Counted from the stretch's first letter, positions 1 through 10,824 are shown. The stretch is 64,000 nucleotides of DNA from a bacterium (GCA_963648975.1 CAVJFW010000003.1:2921-66920); one strand, 5' to 3'. The notes: generated from the sequence alone by a model not told the origin. Numbers and translations are program-made.

Positions 1-2
1 CT

Positions 3-1727
3 TATCATACGAGCCCGGATTTCTCCATTTCTGAAATCACCAGCTTGGATGCGGGCAAGGAATTTGTCGTCGGAGACAAGATTTCCCTCAAGGCACGCAT
101 GAACAACTCTTCCAACGTCACGATAAAGAAACTTTATGTGAATGGCAAGGAAACATCCTTTACCCTTATTGGTTCCTATATCATGTTCGAATATACCATC
201 AAGCGCGGTGAATTTTCCGCAGGGCATAATGAAATCTACATTTCTTCCATCGTAGGTCAGGAAATGAACGGCGACAAAGTCTTGCATGAATATTCCTATG
301 ATTTTGCCAAGAATGACAGCAATCAGTTTGCGTTCGAATTCTATTCGACACCATATGTTTCCGATATGATTGCTTCCAATGATCTTGATTATTATCATCT
401 CAATGATTCCTGCTTCTATGAAATCAAAATCGGTGACCTGACTGATCAGACAATTGATTCAGTGACGATGAAGGACGGATCGAGCATGGATGTGAAGACA
501 GTCGGAGGAAAAACCGGCTTCTATCTTCCGACTGACACATCTGGAATGAAAACATATCAGATTTCCGGGGTCAATTATACTGATGCAAGTGGCAATGCTT
601 CATCAATGGATTATGATGCCTTGATCCAATATTATGTATTGCCGGATGAATCTTCGATTTCCATAACCACTGTGGAAGAGTTCATGGCCATGGAATCCGG
701 AAAGACCTACTCCTTGGATGCTGACCTTGACTTCAACGGCATCGATTATGTTCCATTTGATTTCGATGGTGTTCTCAGAGGAAATGACCACGCCTTGAAA
801 AACCTCAGATTGATCGTTCCAGATACAATTACAAAGAATTCCGGATATGGTCTCTTCTCTTCTGCCAAAGGATTCATCGATGGATTGACATTGGACAATT
901 TCTATCTTGAAGACAATGTCACCAACGTGAATGACATCTATACAGGACTCATAGCCGGTACATCCGATGAATTATGTCTCAGGAATATTCAGGTGAATTC
1001 AACCTGTCTTATGAAGCTCAATGGTTCATCTTCCACTTATTCCGGTGTTCTTGTCGGACTTGCAAACAACAAGATCATCGTTGAGGATTGCTCATTGAAT
1101 TGTACAATTTGGGCGATTGGAAACAAATCCAATATTTCTGGCTCCGTCGCCAGATTCAAATCTGACGTCATGGCTGGATTCGCTACGATCCATAGAAACG
1201 AAATCTGCAACACGTTCAACTCTTCGGCAAGCTCAGTTAGGGACAATAGCATCATCTTTGTGTTTTCATCCAACATGAATGCCGACATCTCCGATATTCT
1301 TGTCAATACGGATTATTGTTCATCAAATTGCTACCATCCTTCCTATCTTACATATGCTGATTCTAAATCCAATGTCAAAATCAATCATGTCATCGACATG
1401 TCCAGCAGATATCTCCTCGATGGAATGAGTACTGCCTCAATCACAGTCAGAAATTCCTGCCTGCTTACATCTGTGTGCTGCCCTTCCCTGGATAAGGGTT
1501 CGGCTTCCTCTGTCACAATAAAGGAAAACTTCTATTTAAATGATTCCTACTATAATGGTGAAACTTCTGATGTCCTTGCATTGGAAGATATCTCAACCTA
1601 TTATGACGTCATGAAGTTTGACAGCAATATATGGACGATTGATGATGTTCCATATGCTTCAAAGGTCCCTAATTATTCAAACATACTTGTAACCTTCAAG
1701 AAACCGACCATCAATCTGAAGAAATAA
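3..1727 (+). CDS. hypothetical secreted/surface protein, 5'-truncated by the window edge
   Basis: The frame stays open from position 3 with no stop before the TTG at 45, so the N-terminus lies outside the window. I recognised no catalytic motif. It has repeated hydrophobic/Gly segments (TGLIAGTS, SGVLVGLANNKIIVEDCS) suggesting beta-helix-like repeats, and a hairpin terminator follows. Confidence 0.45.
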   Translation, partial: YHTSPDFSISEITSLDAGKEFVVGDKISLKARMNNSSNVTIKKLYVNGKETSFTLIGSYIMFEYTIKRGEFSAGHNEIYISSIVGQEMNGDKVLHEYSYDFAKNDSNQFAFEFYSTPYVSDMIASNDLDYYHLNDSCFYEIKIGDLTDQTIDSVTMKDGSSMDVKTVGGKTGFYLPTDTSGMKTYQISGVNYTDASGNASSMDYDALIQYYVLPDESSISITTVEEFMAMESGKTYSLDADLDFNGIDYVPFDFDGVLRGNDHALKNLRLIVPDTITKNSGYGLFSSAKGFIDGLTLDNFYLEDNVTNVNDIYTGLIAGTSDELCLRNIQVNSTCLMKLNGSSSTYSGVLVGLANNKIIVEDCSLNCTIWAIGNKSNISGSVARFKSDVMAGFATIHRNEICNTFNSSASSVRDNSIIFVFSSNMNADISDILVNTDYCSSNCYHPSYLTYADSKSNVKINHVIDMSSRYLLDGMSTASITVRNSCLLTSVCCPSLDKGSASSVTIKENFYLNDSYYNGETSDVLALEDISTYYDVMKFDSNIWTIDDVPYASKVPNYSNILVTFKKPTINLKK

Positions 1728-1730
1728 ATC

Positions 1731-1766
1731 AAAAAGGTGCTTCCGTATCGAGGCACCTTTTTCTGT
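1731..1766 (+). terminator. intrinsic terminator of the upstream + strand gene
   Basis: AAAAAGGTGC ... GCACCTTTTT hairpin followed by a T-run, immediately after the stop at 1727. Confidence 0.6.
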
Positions 1767-1770
1767 TCAT

Positions 1771-1799
1771 GATAAAAGGCACGGAATGAACCGTGCCTT
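1771..1799 (-). terminator. intrinsic terminator of pckA
   Basis: AAGGCACGG / CCGTGCCTT 9-bp stem with a 6-nt loop. On the minus strand it is followed by TTTTAT, just downstream of the pckA stop. Confidence 0.65.
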
Positions 1800-1813
1800 G
1801 AATGTTGATAGGT

Positions 1814-3421
1814 TTAGTCGAGCTTTGGACCAGCCTTGACAAGAGCCTTGCCGGCATCGTTGGTTTCGTATTTGTGGAAGTTCTTGATGAAGCGGGCAGC
1901 AAGATCCTTTGCCTTTTCATCCCACTTGGAACTATCGGCATAGGTGTCTCTAGGATCGAGGATGTTGGTGGCAACGCCTTCGAGTTCAGTTGGGACTTCG
2001 AAATCGAAATAAGGAATCTTCTTGGTTGGAGCCTTGAGGATGGCACCGTTGAGGATGGCGTCGATGATGCCACGTGTATCCTTGATGGAGATACGCTTTC
2101 CAGTACCGTTCCAACCGGTGTTGACCAAATAGGCCTTGGCACCGGACTTCTGCATATGCTTGACGAGTTCTTCTGCATATTTGGTTGGATGGAGTTCAAG
2201 GAAGGCCTGACCGAAGCATGCGGAGAAGGTTGGGGTAGGTTCAGTGATTCCACGTTCAGTACCAGCTAATTTTGCTGTGAAGCCAGAAAGGAAATAATAC
2301 TGAGTCTGCTCAGGTGTGAGAATGGAGACTGGTGGCAAGACACCGAAGGCATCGGCAGAAAGGAAGATGACGTTCTTTGCGGCAGGTGCGTGGCTGATTG
2401 GCTTGACGATGTTGTTGATGTGATGGATTGGATAGGAAACACGTGTATTTTCCGTGACGGACTTGTCATGGAAATCAATCTTTCCGTCCTTATCGACGGT
2501 GACATTCTCCAAAAGGGCATTCTTCTTGATGGCACCATAGATGTCTGGTTCAGCATCCTTGTCGAGATCGATGACCTTGGCATAGCATCCACCTTCAAGG
2601 TTGAAGACACCATTGTCATCCCAACCATGTTCATCATCACCGATGAGAAGTCTCTTCGGGTCGGTGGACAAGGTGGTCTTGCCGGTTCCGGAAAGACCGA
2701 AGAATACGGCTGTGTTTTCACCATTCATGTCAGTATTGGCAGAAGAGTGCATGCTGGCGATGCCCTTGAGTGGGAGGTAGTAGTTCATCATGGAGAACAT
2801 ACCCTTCTTCATTTCTCCACCATACCATGTATTGAGAATGATCTGTTCATGGGATGTGATGTTGAACATGACGGCAGTTTCGGAATTGAGGCCTAATTCC
2901 TTGTAATTGGTGACTTTGGCCTTGGAAGCGTTGTAGACGACGAAATCCGGTTTGAAATCAGCTTCTTCCTCTGCGGTCGGACGGATGAACATGTTACGGA
3001 CAAAATGAGCCTGCCAGGCAACTTCCATGATGAATCTGACTGCCATTCTGGTATCCTTGTTGGCACCGCAGAAACCATCGACGACATAAAGCTTCTTGCC
3101 GGAAAGTTCCTTCTTGGCAATGTCCATGCAGGCAGCCCAGGCTTCCTTGCTGGCTTTGTGGTTGTCATTTGGATATTCCGGAGATGTCCACCAGACAGTG
3201 TTTTCGCTGTTTTCGTCAACGACAATGAACTTATCCTTCGGGGAACGACCAGTATAGACACCGGTCATGACATTGACGGCACCCAATTCCGTTACCTGTC
3301 CCTTCTCATAACCTGTGAGGGATGGATCTGTTTCTGCCTCGAAGAGATCTTCGTAAGAAGGATTATAGACTACTTCCTTGACGTCACTGATACCATACTG
3401 ACTTAAGTCGATGTTTTTCAT
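1814..3421 (-). CDS. pckA: phosphoenolpyruvate carboxykinase (ATP)
   Basis: Full-length match by eye to ATP-dependent PckA: GRSPKDKF, the kinase-1a motif [21 protein letters not shown] and [10 protein letters not shown] prefer the second ATG (MKNIDL) because AAAGGA lies 6 nt upstream of it. Confidence 0.95.
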   Translation of the reverse strand: MKNIDLSQYGISDVKEVVYNPSYEDLFEAETDPSLTGYEKGQVTELGAVNVMTGVYTGRSPKDKFIVVDENSENTVWWTSPEYPNDNHKASKEAWAACMDIAKKELSGKKLYVVDGFCGANKDTRMAVRFIMEVAWQAHFVRNMFIRPTAEEEADFKPDFVVYNASKAKVTNYKELGLNSETAVMFNITSHEQIILNTWYGGEMKKGMFSMMNYYLPLKGIASMHSSANTDMNGENTAVFFGLSGTGKTTLSTDPKRLLIGDDEHGWDDNGVFNLEGGCYAKVIDLDKDAEPDIYGAIKKNALLENVTVDKDGKIDFHDKSVTENTRVSYPIHHINNIVKPISHAPAAKNVIFLSADAFGVLPPVSILTPEQTQYYFLSGFTAKLAGTERGITEPTPTFSACFGQAFLELHPTKYAEELVKHMQKSGAKAYLVNTGWNGTGKRISIKDTRGIIDAILNGAILKAPTKKIPYFDFEVPTELEGVATNILDPRDTYADSSKWDEKAKDLAARFIKNFHKYETNDAGKALVKAGPKLD

Positions 3422-3480
3422 AATCTGTCCTTTCATTTATATTTTTTTCGACTATATCACAGCTTCAGCTGAGATAATCA

Positions 3481-4200
3481 CTAGTAATTCTGCTCCAACG
3501 TGACTTCTCCGGATTTCAGATTCAGCATATTTTCTTTTTCGTCTTTCACCATCAGGGAACCGTCATCGTCGATGCCGATTACCCTGCAATGTCTGTTTTC
3601 CCCATAATAATTGAGGTAGACCATTTTTCCATTGAGATAGGAATTCTCTTTCAGGACCTTCATGAATGTCATGTCGCCTTTAAGGAAATCATCCATCAGG
3701 GATTCAAATTGCTGGACATAGATATTCAGGAACTGTTCCTTGTCTACTTCATGTCCGAGTGCCATCTTCAGTGAGATGGCCTTTTCTTCAAGATCCTTTG
3801 GAAATGATTGATTGTTGACATTTATGCCGATACCGATTACAAGTGCTTCCAATTTTTCGCGGTAGATGGATTCAAGCAGGATTCCAGCACATTTTTTTCC
3901 CTGAATCAATACATCGTTAGGCCATTTGATCTGGCTTTCCAAATTCATTTTGTTCAGAGACTGGTGTAATGCGACACCGCATAATAGGGGTAACAATTCG
4001 ATGCTTCTGTAATCGAAATCCTTTTTCAGCAGGATGGAGAAGAGAAGCGAGGATGAGTCATCGACCCAAGTTCTCCCAAGTCTTCCCTTGCCAGCTGTCT
4101 GATGACCTGTATAGACAAGAGTCATGTCATCAAGATTCTGATATTCTCTTTTCAGATATTCGTTTGTGGAATCAATCTCATCGAAATATAGGAATTTCAT
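3481..4200 (-). CDS. birA: biotin--[acetyl-CoA-carboxylase] ligase, no N-terminal HTH
   Basis: GHQTAGKGRLGRTW motif (GRGRxGR-type) and KWPND. At 239 aa it lacks a DNA-binding domain. Confidence 0.85.
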   Translation of the reverse strand: MKFLYFDEIDSTNEYLKREYQNLDDMTLVYTGHQTAGKGRLGRTWVDDSSSLLFSILLKKDFDYRSIELLPLLCGVALHQSLNKMNLESQIKWPNDVLIQGKKCAGILLESIYREKLEALVIGIGINVNNQSFPKDLEEKAISLKMALGHEVDKEQFLNIYVQQFESLMDDFLKGDMTFMKVLKENSYLNGKMVYLNYYGENRHCRVIGIDDDGSLMVKDEKENMLNLKSGEVTLEQNY

Positions 4201-4209
4201 TGCTTTTGC

Positions 4210-5409
4210 TTAGCCTAAAAGCTGGATGAGAAGACCGGCTGCAACGGCTGAGCCGATGACGCCTGCGACATTAGGACCCATGGCCTGCATAAGCAAGAAG
4301 TTGGAAGGATCTTCCTTCTGTGCTTCCTTCTGCACGACTCTGGCTGCCATCGGAACGGCTGAGACACCGGCTGCGCCGATCATTGGATTGACCTTGCCAT
4401 GTGTAAGTTTGCACATAAGCTTGCCGATGAGGACGCCACCTGCCGTGGCAGAGGCAAAGGCGATGATGCCAAGCATGAAAATCCATAAGGTCTGGACGGT
4501 GAGGAATGTGCTTCCCTTTGCGGTGGCTCCGACCGTGAGACCCAGAAGAATGGTAATGATGTAAAGAAGGGAATTGGAAATGGTCTCCGTAAGTTTCTTG
4601 ACGACTCCGCTTTCCTTGACAAGGTTACCGAACATGAAGCAACCGATGAGTGGTGCACAGCTTGGAACAAGAAGAACGGTAATGAGTGTGACGGCAATTG
4701 GGAACATGATCTTCTTTGTCTTTGAAACAGGCTTGAGGTCATCCATGTGGATGAGCCTTTCCTGCTTTGTCGTAAGGGCACGGATGATAGGAGGCTGAAT
4801 GAATGGAACCAGTGCCATATAGGAGTATGCGGCAATTGCAATGTTGGCCAATAGCTCTGGTGCCAATTTCGAAGTTGTCAGAATTGCGGTAGGACCATCA
4901 GCACCACCGATGATGCCGATACTGGCAGCCTGTTGGGCTGTGAAGTTTGTCCAACCATCAACGGATGGGAACGGGATGACGATGGCAAGAAGGAATGTGA
5001 CGAAGATGCCGATCTGTGCGGCTGCACCAAGAAGAAGTGTCTTTGGATTGGAGATAAGAGGCCCGAAATCGGTAGTCGCACCGATGCCCATGAAGATCAA
5101 ACATGGATAGATTTCGTATTTGACGCCGAGATACAGCACGCCGAGCAACCCGGAATATCCGCTTGCGGAACTGGCATCTGCATCCATTATTCCGCTGAAG
5201 GGTAGATTGCTTAGCAGCATACCCACGCCCATCGGAATCAACAGATATGGTTCGGCCTCCTTGAAGATGGCCAAATAGAGCAATAATATGGCGATAAGGA
5301 TCATGATGGCATTCTGCCAACCGAATTCCGTGGCCCCAAAGCCATAGAAACCGGTGTTCTGCCAAATGCCCTTCATGACCTCGCCGAAATCAGTTAACAC
5401 GAGGCCCAT
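4210..5409 (-). CDS. oadB: Na+-translocating decarboxylase beta subunit (OadB/GcdB/MmdB family)
   Basis: A 399-aa polytopic membrane protein with the family-typical glycine-rich helices. It sits in an operon with a biotin carrier and a 5S-type carboxyltransferase. Confidence 0.85.
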   Translation of the reverse strand: MGLVLTDFGEVMKGIWQNTGFYGFGATEFGWQNAIMILIAILLLYLAIFKEAEPYLLIPMGVGMLLSNLPFSGIMDADASSASGYSGLLGVLYLGVKYEIYPCLIFMGIGATTDFGPLISNPKTLLLGAAAQIGIFVTFLLAIVIPFPSVDGWTNFTAQQAASIGIIGGADGPTAILTTSKLAPELLANIAIAAYSYMALVPFIQPPIIRALTTKQERLIHMDDLKPVSKTKKIMFPIAVTLITVLLVPSCAPLIGCFMFGNLVKESGVVKKLTETISNSLLYIITILLGLTVGATAKGSTFLTVQTLWIFMLGIIAFASATAGGVLIGKLMCKLTHGKVNPMIGAAGVSAVPMAARVVQKEAQKEDPSNFLLMQAMGPNVAGVIGSAVAAGLLIQLLG

Positions 5410-5412
5410 AAT

Positions 5413-5790
5413 TTACCCCAAAATGATCAGTGGATCCTTTGCGGAGACGTTCTGTCCCTTGCTGACCTTGATTTCCGTGACGGTACCGTCGCTGTTGGCC
5501 TTGATTTCGTTTTCGAGTTTCATGGCTTCCAGGATGGCTACTGTCTGACCAGCCTTGACGGCATCTCCGACCTTTACCTTGATGTCAAGGATTGTTCCCT
5601 GCATCGGGGAGTTGATGGATGTTCCACCGGCGGAAGCAGCCTTTGCAGGAGCTGCGGCCGGAGCAGGTGCGTTTGTCACGGCCGGTGCTGTGCCTTTGAC
5701 GGTCTTGACTTCGACAGGTTCCACCTCGGTGATACCCATCACCTTGACTTCGAAGGTTTTGCCATTTACTTTGATGTTATAGATTCTCAT
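5413..5790 (-). CDS. stand-alone biotinyl carrier subunit of the decarboxylase
   Basis: C-terminal biotinyl domain with EAMKLEN (biotinyl-Lys), preceded by an Ala/Pro-rich linker (APAPAAAPAKAASAGG). Confidence 0.8.
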   Translation of the reverse strand: MRIYNIKVNGKTFEVKVMGITEVEPVEVKTVKGTAPAVTNAPAPAAAPAKAASAGGTSINSPMQGTILDIKVKVGDAVKAGQTVAILEAMKLENEIKANSDGTVTEIKVSKGQNVSAKDPLIILG

Positions 5791-5806
5791 AATTTACCTC
5801 GATATC

Positions 5807-6133
5807 TTATTTATTTTTCTTTTTGTTGGCTTTCTCATCGTCGATCAGCTTGCAGCTGATGACTTTGACGTCTTCCTTCTTTTCCTTGCGATAGTCCAAA
5901 GTGGCAACAAGAACAGCTGCCATTGCGTCTTCGTCAAGTTCTGTTCCATCCTTCATCTTTACCGTTTCCTTGACATCCAATGCCTTGATTTTGTTTACAC
6001 CCAAGAGAATCAGGGTAATCAATGCAAGAATGATGAAGACGACCGCGATACAGAACAAAGACATCCACAATCCCTGAAGGAAATCTCCCTGAGGGATGTT
6101 CCAGACTTCCAGTTCATGAATTCCCAAGTTCAT
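5807..6133 (-). CDS. small single-TM subunit, OadG-like
   Basis: 108 aa with one N-terminal TM helix and a charged tail. Its position between the carboxyltransferase and the biotin carrier is typical for the gamma/delta subunit. Its start overlaps the oadA stop by 4 nt. Confidence 0.45.
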   Translation of the reverse strand: MNLGIHELEVWNIPQGDFLQGLWMSLFCIAVVFIILALITLILLGVNKIKALDVKETVKMKDGTELDEDAMAAVLVATLDYRKEKKEDVKVISCKLIDDEKANKKKNK

Positions 6134-7512
6134 AATTCGACGTTGTACTCCTCGGCTTCGATGCCGTATTTCAGCTTCAGGAACTTGATGGCCACCTGAT
6201 CGAACAGGGCGATGGAGAGGACATCCTCATCGCATTTGGCAATCTTCTTATATTCGTTCTTGAGCTTTTCGAACTCAGGCTCAATCTTATCAGCTGGTCT
6301 ATAAGTGATGACTTCATCTTCGCCGATGATCTTGTGCTGGACTTCTGAATTGATTTCTGCCGGTGCCTTTCCATAAAGACCATGGAGATAGTCCTTGATT
6401 TCCTTTGGCACCATCTTGTACCTTTCGCCGGTGATGACATTCATGACAGCCTGGGTTCCGACCATCTGGGAAAGAGGAGTGACAAGCGGCGGATAACCGA
6501 GATCTTTTCTGACAAGAGGTACTTCCTTGAGAACTTCGTCATATTTGTCCATGGCACCCTGCTTTTCAAGCTGGCTCATCAGGTTGGAAAGCATACCGCC
6601 GGGAACCTGATATTTGAGAATGTTCGGATTGACAAGAAGAGCCTTTGTCTTCAAGGTTCCGTTCTTGAGATATTTGTCTCTGATCTTTCCTAACTTGACG
6701 GCAGCCTCGTTGAGAAGATCTGCATTCAGGTTTGGATCATATTCTGTTCCCTTGAGACCATAGTTGAACGATTCGGTGCATGGCTGGGATGTTCCACCGC
6801 TAAGAGGGCTTAATGCCGTGTCGATGATGTCGACACCTGCTTCGATGGCCTTGAGATATGTCATCTGGCAGATACCACCGGTGCAGTGGGAATGAAGTTC
6901 GATTGGGAGATTTGTCTCCTTCTTCAGCCTGGAAATGAGTTCGAAGGCATCATTCGGAAGAAGGACGCCGGCCATATCCTTGATGCAGAGCGAATCGGCT
7001 CCCATCTTTTCGACTTCCTTTGCCAAAGAGACATAATAATCCACCGTATGGACCGGTGATGTCGTGTAGCTTAAGGCAATTTGGCAATGTGCGTTGGGAT
7101 ACTGACTCTTATATTTGTTGCAGGCATCGACGGCACTCTTCAGATTTCTGACATCATTCAGTGCATCGAAGACTCTGATGATGTCTATGCCGTTGGCCAA
7201 GGATCTTTCGACGAATTTTTCGACGACATCATCTGAATAATGATGATATCCCAAGATGTTCTGGCCGCGGAAGAGCATCTGAAGCTTGGTGTTTGGACAG
7301 GCCTTTCTTATGGCTCTGAGCCTTTCCCATGGATCTTCATCCAGGAAACGGAGACAGCTGTCGAATGTGGCGCCTCCCCAGACTTCCAATGCATAATATC
7401 CAGCTTTATCCAAAAGCGGAGCTACCTGAAGAATCTCGTCAGTTGTCAGACGTGTGGCAATCAATGACTGAGATCCATCGCGAAGTGCAGTGTCAACGAT
7501 TTTGATACCCAT
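6130..7512 (-). CDS. oadA: oxaloacetate decarboxylase alpha subunit, carboxyltransferase (5S/PycB-type) without a biotin domain
   Basis: N-terminal IVDTALRDGSQSL pyruvate-carboxyltransferase TIM-barrel signature and HxH (ELHSHCTGG). It ends after the conserved carboxylase domain with no biotinyl domain. Confidence 0.85.
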   Translation of the reverse strand: MGIKIVDTALRDGSQSLIATRLTTDEILQVAPLLDKAGYYALEVWGGATFDSCLRFLDEDPWERLRAIRKACPNTKLQMLFRGQNILGYHHYSDDVVEKFVERSLANGIDIIRVFDALNDVRNLKSAVDACNKYKSQYPNAHCQIALSYTTSPVHTVDYYVSLAKEVEKMGADSLCIKDMAGVLLPNDAFELISRLKKETNLPIELHSHCTGGICQMTYLKAIEAGVDIIDTALSPLSGGTSQPCTESFNYGLKGTEYDPNLNADLLNEAAVKLGKIRDKYLKNGTLKTKALLVNPNILKYQVPGGMLSNLMSQLEKQGAMDKYDEVLKEVPLVRKDLGYPPLVTPLSQMVGTQAVMNVITGERYKMVPKEIKDYLHGLYGKAPAEINSEVQHKIIGEDEVITYRPADKIEPEFEKLKNEYKKIAKCDEDVLSIALFDQVAIKFLKLKYGIEAEEYNVEL

Positions 7513-7793
7513 ATTGAATCCTTTCTATATATAGAAAACATACGACATATTCTACTAAATTTGTTGAAAATTTGTAAGCACTTACTGAAGAGCGGATTCA
7601 GGTGTCATCGAAAAAAATAGACTTGTATACATAAATTGATTTTTTTTGATGGAAATAGGTCTTTTTTTGTATAAAAAAATTTTTTGTGTTGCGTGTTCTA
7701 TTTTAAGTTTTCTTTAAGAAAAGGTGCTTTGCTTCATGCAAAAACCCTGATATACCGAATGTGATATAATTTTTGCGATAGGTAGGTATTACG

Positions 7794-8882
7794 ATGGCAA
7801 GATATTTTAATGACTCACATTCTTTGGTATCACTGAGCAATTCCATGCTGAAATATTTTCATTTACGGAAATTTCATGAATCGGATTCCCTGATCGACGA
7901 ACTGCTTGAGAAGAATCCGAACAGGAAAATCGTTGCCATTCTTCTCGATGGCTTCGGAAAAGCCATACAGGAAACTTATTCTGACGATTGTCCGTTCATT
8001 CTCTCCCATAGGTATGAGACCATATCTTCCGTGTTTCCGCCCACTACCGTGGCTGCAACGACAAGCTTTCTTACGGGTTTATATCCCAATGAAACCGGAT
8101 GGGTCGGATGGACGGAAAAATTTGACATGTATCCATGGCCCATCGTCATGTTCTACGACTGCTATGATGATGAGTATCACATGCCCGTCTCTGTTTCAGC
8201 CAGGGATTTATGTCCGTTCAAGAATATTTTTTCTCTAATGCATGAAAAAGGTGTAAAGGCAGACATGATTCAATCCTTTACGCATAAGGAAGACACGATT
8301 GGGCAGTTTTTCAATCGTGTCGACAGAATGATTCCACATAATGATTTCCTATATGCATACCATGTATCTCCGGATAGTCAGCTTCATGACTTTGGTGTTG
8401 GAGATGAAAGAATCACGCCATTGATTCAGGATTTTGATTTTGAGATAAGGAAACTTGTCGAAAGAAATCCGGATGTCATATTTTTCGTCTTTGCCGATCA
8501 TGGTCACAGAAATGCAAGATATTTCAACATTGCCGAACATCAGGACTTTTATGATTGCCTGAGGATGAAGACATATTCCATCGAAGCCAGGGCATCCACA
8601 TTCCTTGTCGAAGAAGAAAAAAAGAAAATCTTCGAGGAACTTGCAACGAAGTATTATGGCGAACATTTTGACATATATACGAAAAAACAGGTCCTCGAAA
8701 TGAACCTGTTTGGATATGGAGTGGATTCTCCTCGCTTCATGGAAGTGCTTGGAGACTACCTTCTTGTCTCAAAAGACGAATCGGCCTTCACCACACCGAT
8801 GGGACATGTCCTTGCTTCGACGCATGCCGGCTCCTCAAGGGAGGAACGGGAAATCAATGTCTCTGTCTTCAATGCCTTTTGA
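7794..8882 (+). CDS. alkaline-phosphatase-superfamily enzyme (nucleotide pyrophosphatase/phosphodiesterase-like)
   Basis: ILLDGFG metal-site motif, FPPTTVAATTSFLTGLYPNETG (nucleophile Thr region) and FADHGH. A TGaTATAAT extended -10 lies at about 7762-7770. Confidence 0.65.
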   Translation: MARYFNDSHSLVSLSNSMLKYFHLRKFHESDSLIDELLEKNPNRKIVAILLDGFGKAIQETYSDDCPFILSHRYETISSVFPPTTVAATTSFLTGLYPNETGWVGWTEKFDMYPWPIVMFYDCYDDEYHMPVSVSARDLCPFKNIFSLMHEKGVKADMIQSFTHKEDTIGQFFNRVDRMIPHNDFLYAYHVSPDSQLHDFGVGDERITPLIQDFDFEIRKLVERNPDVIFFVFADHGHRNARYFNIAEHQDFYDCLRMKTYSIEARASTFLVEEEKKKIFEELATKYYGEHFDIYTKKQVLEMNLFGYGVDSPRFMEVLGDYLLVSKDESAFTTPMGHVLASTHAGSSREEREINVSVFNAF

Positions 8883-8884
8883 AA

Positions 8885-9859
8885 TCAGCGAAGGATGTCG
8901 TCATACACTGACTTGTAAAGCAATTTCTTGATTTCTTCCTTGTCCTTGGTGAGAGATAGTATCCACATCATCTTTGAAAGAAGCGATTCATTGTTCATGT
9001 CATAGGATTCAAGCAGGTTGTATTCCTCCTTGATCAGTTTTCCGACCTTGTATCTATCAAGATCGGATCCCTCATACTGGACTTGGGTGGTCACAACGAC
9101 GATTTTGTCTCTGAGCATCGGATAGATGTTGTCAAAATAATCCGGTATTCCACCGACACCAAACCCTTCCATGATGATGGCATCATAATTTTCAAACGCG
9201 AAGCGAAGAGCCTTCTCATCCATGCCTGGAATCAGTTTCAGAAGAAAGACATTGGTATTGAATTCAGGATAGAATTTCACTTCTCCGGTAAATTTCCTGG
9301 TGATGTAGAAAATGACTTTCTTGTCGATGATTCTTGCGATTTCCGGATAATTTACGCTGGTAAAGGCGTTATAGGATTTGCTTCTGATTTTCTTTGCTCT
9401 CGTTCCGATGATGACCTTGCTGTCAAAGACAAGACTGACACCATATGCCCTGTCATCACTGGCAAAAAGGAGTGCATCAAAAAGATTGTTCCTGGCGTCA
9501 TTGTCCCTCATATAGATGGATTTCTGTGAACCGGTGAATACAATCGGTTTATTGGAATTCTGAATCATATAACTGAGGGCGCTTGTGGCATATGCCATCG
9601 TATCTGTTCCATGGGTGACGACAAAGCCGTCATAATTCTCATATTTTTCCTGGATCAGTTGGGCAACCTTCTGCCAGTGAAGATATGTCATGTTCGTACT
9701 GTCGAGGTTGAACAGCTGTATACAGTCGACATCACATATCAGACTGATGTCATCAAGATAGGACAATAGTTCCTTTCCATCCAGCTGAGGCGAAAGACCA
9801 TCCTGTCTAGGCTTGCATGCGATTGTGCCACCTGTGGCAATCAGAAGAATATGTTTCAT
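8885..9859 (-). CDS. ansA: L-asparaginase, type I
   Basis: ILLIATGGTIA active-site motif and HGTDTM. I prefer the start at MKHIL because AAAGGA lies about 8 nt upstream, whereas the first ATG abuts the SD. Confidence 0.85.
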   Translation of the reverse strand: MKHILLIATGGTIACKPRQDGLSPQLDGKELLSYLDDISLICDVDCIQLFNLDSTNMTYLHWQKVAQLIQEKYENYDGFVVTHGTDTMAYATSALSYMIQNSNKPIVFTGSQKSIYMRDNDARNNLFDALLFASDDRAYGVSLVFDSKVIIGTRAKKIRSKSYNAFTSVNYPEIARIIDKKVIFYITRKFTGEVKFYPEFNTNVFLLKLIPGMDEKALRFAFENYDAIIMEGFGVGGIPDYFDNIYPMLRDKIVVVTTQVQYEGSDLDRYKVGKLIKEEYNLLESYDMNNESLLSKMMWILSLTKDKEEIKKLLYKSVYDDILR

Positions 9860-10038
9860 TTCGGTCATCCTTTTTCTTTTTTAATTAAATCTCTTTGCGG
9901 AAGGAAAAGGAACATAGATATACATGAATACGGTTTCAATATTAAACAAATGCCTAGGATAGATACAAATCACCGAAATGTGTATACATTCCAAAAAGAT
10001 AATGATAAAATATGGAAAGAAAAGGAGATATCTCAAGA

Positions 10039-10824
10039 ATGTTTGATTATAAGGGAAAAGTCGTTGTCGTCACTGGCGCCTCCTCTGGTTTGGGAAAACA
10101 GATGAGTGAAGGCTTTGCCATCCAGGGTGCCTCTTTGGCCTTGCTTGCAAGAAGAGTTGAAAGATTGGAAGAATTTGCCGCTGAACTCAAGTCAAAATAT
10201 GGTGTTGATGTCCTTCCTGTCAAATGTGATGTCACGGACAATGCATCCATCGATGCAGCTGTCAAGGCAGTCAAGGATCATTTCGGCCATTGTGAAGTCC
10301 TTGTAAATGATGCCGGTGGTGAAAAGGGAACCGGAACCAAGGCTCTCGATTTCAAGGATGAGGATTGGGAGTTTACGTTGAATCTTGACCTTACTTCCGT
10401 CTTCAAGGTTTCCAGGGCTTTCGGAAATCTCATGAAGTCCGGAATCGATGAGGGAAAGCAGGGATATGGCCGTATCATCAATATTGCCTCCATTTATGGC
10501 CTTGTCGGAAATACTGCCATCCCGACGATTGCCTATCATACCTCAAAGGGTGCCGTCGTGAATTTCACCAAGGGATTGGCAGCCGAACTTGCCACAAGCA
10601 AAATCACCGTCAACGCCATCTGCCCTGGTTATTTCTACACTGAACTTACCACAGCCACCTTGGATAGCGATTATTTCCAGGCCTTTGCCCATTCTTCCGT
10701 TCCTATGCAGAGATATGGAAGCAACGGCGAACTCAATTCCTGTGCCTGCTTCCTCGGTGCCGAGGAATCCAGCTATGTCACTGGACAGATCATAGCCGTT
10801 GATGGTGGCTATACCTGCATCTAA
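10039..10824 (+). CDS. short-chain dehydrogenase/reductase family oxidoreductase
   Basis: TGASSGLGK cofactor motif, NDAG and YHTSK (YxxxK). The start is ambiguous between 10012 and 10039. Confidence 0.8.
   Translation: MFDYKGKVVVVTGASSGLGKQMSEGFAIQGASLALLARRVERLEEFAAELKSKYGVDVLPVKCDVTDNASIDAAVKAVKDHFGHCEVLVNDAGGEKGTGTKALDFKDEDWEFTLNLDLTSVFKVSRAFGNLMKSGIDEGKQGYGRIINIASIYGLVGNTAIPTIAYHTSKGAVVNFTKGLAAELATSKITVNAICPGYFYTELTTATLDSDYFQAFAHSSVPMQRYGSNGELNSCACFLGAEESSYVTGQIIAVDGGYTCI

Noticed and set aside
9985-9998. The TGTATACA palindrome in the SDR upstream region, considered as an operator.
   Set aside because: It is only 8 bp and AT-rich, has no adjacent regulator gene, and could easily arise by chance.
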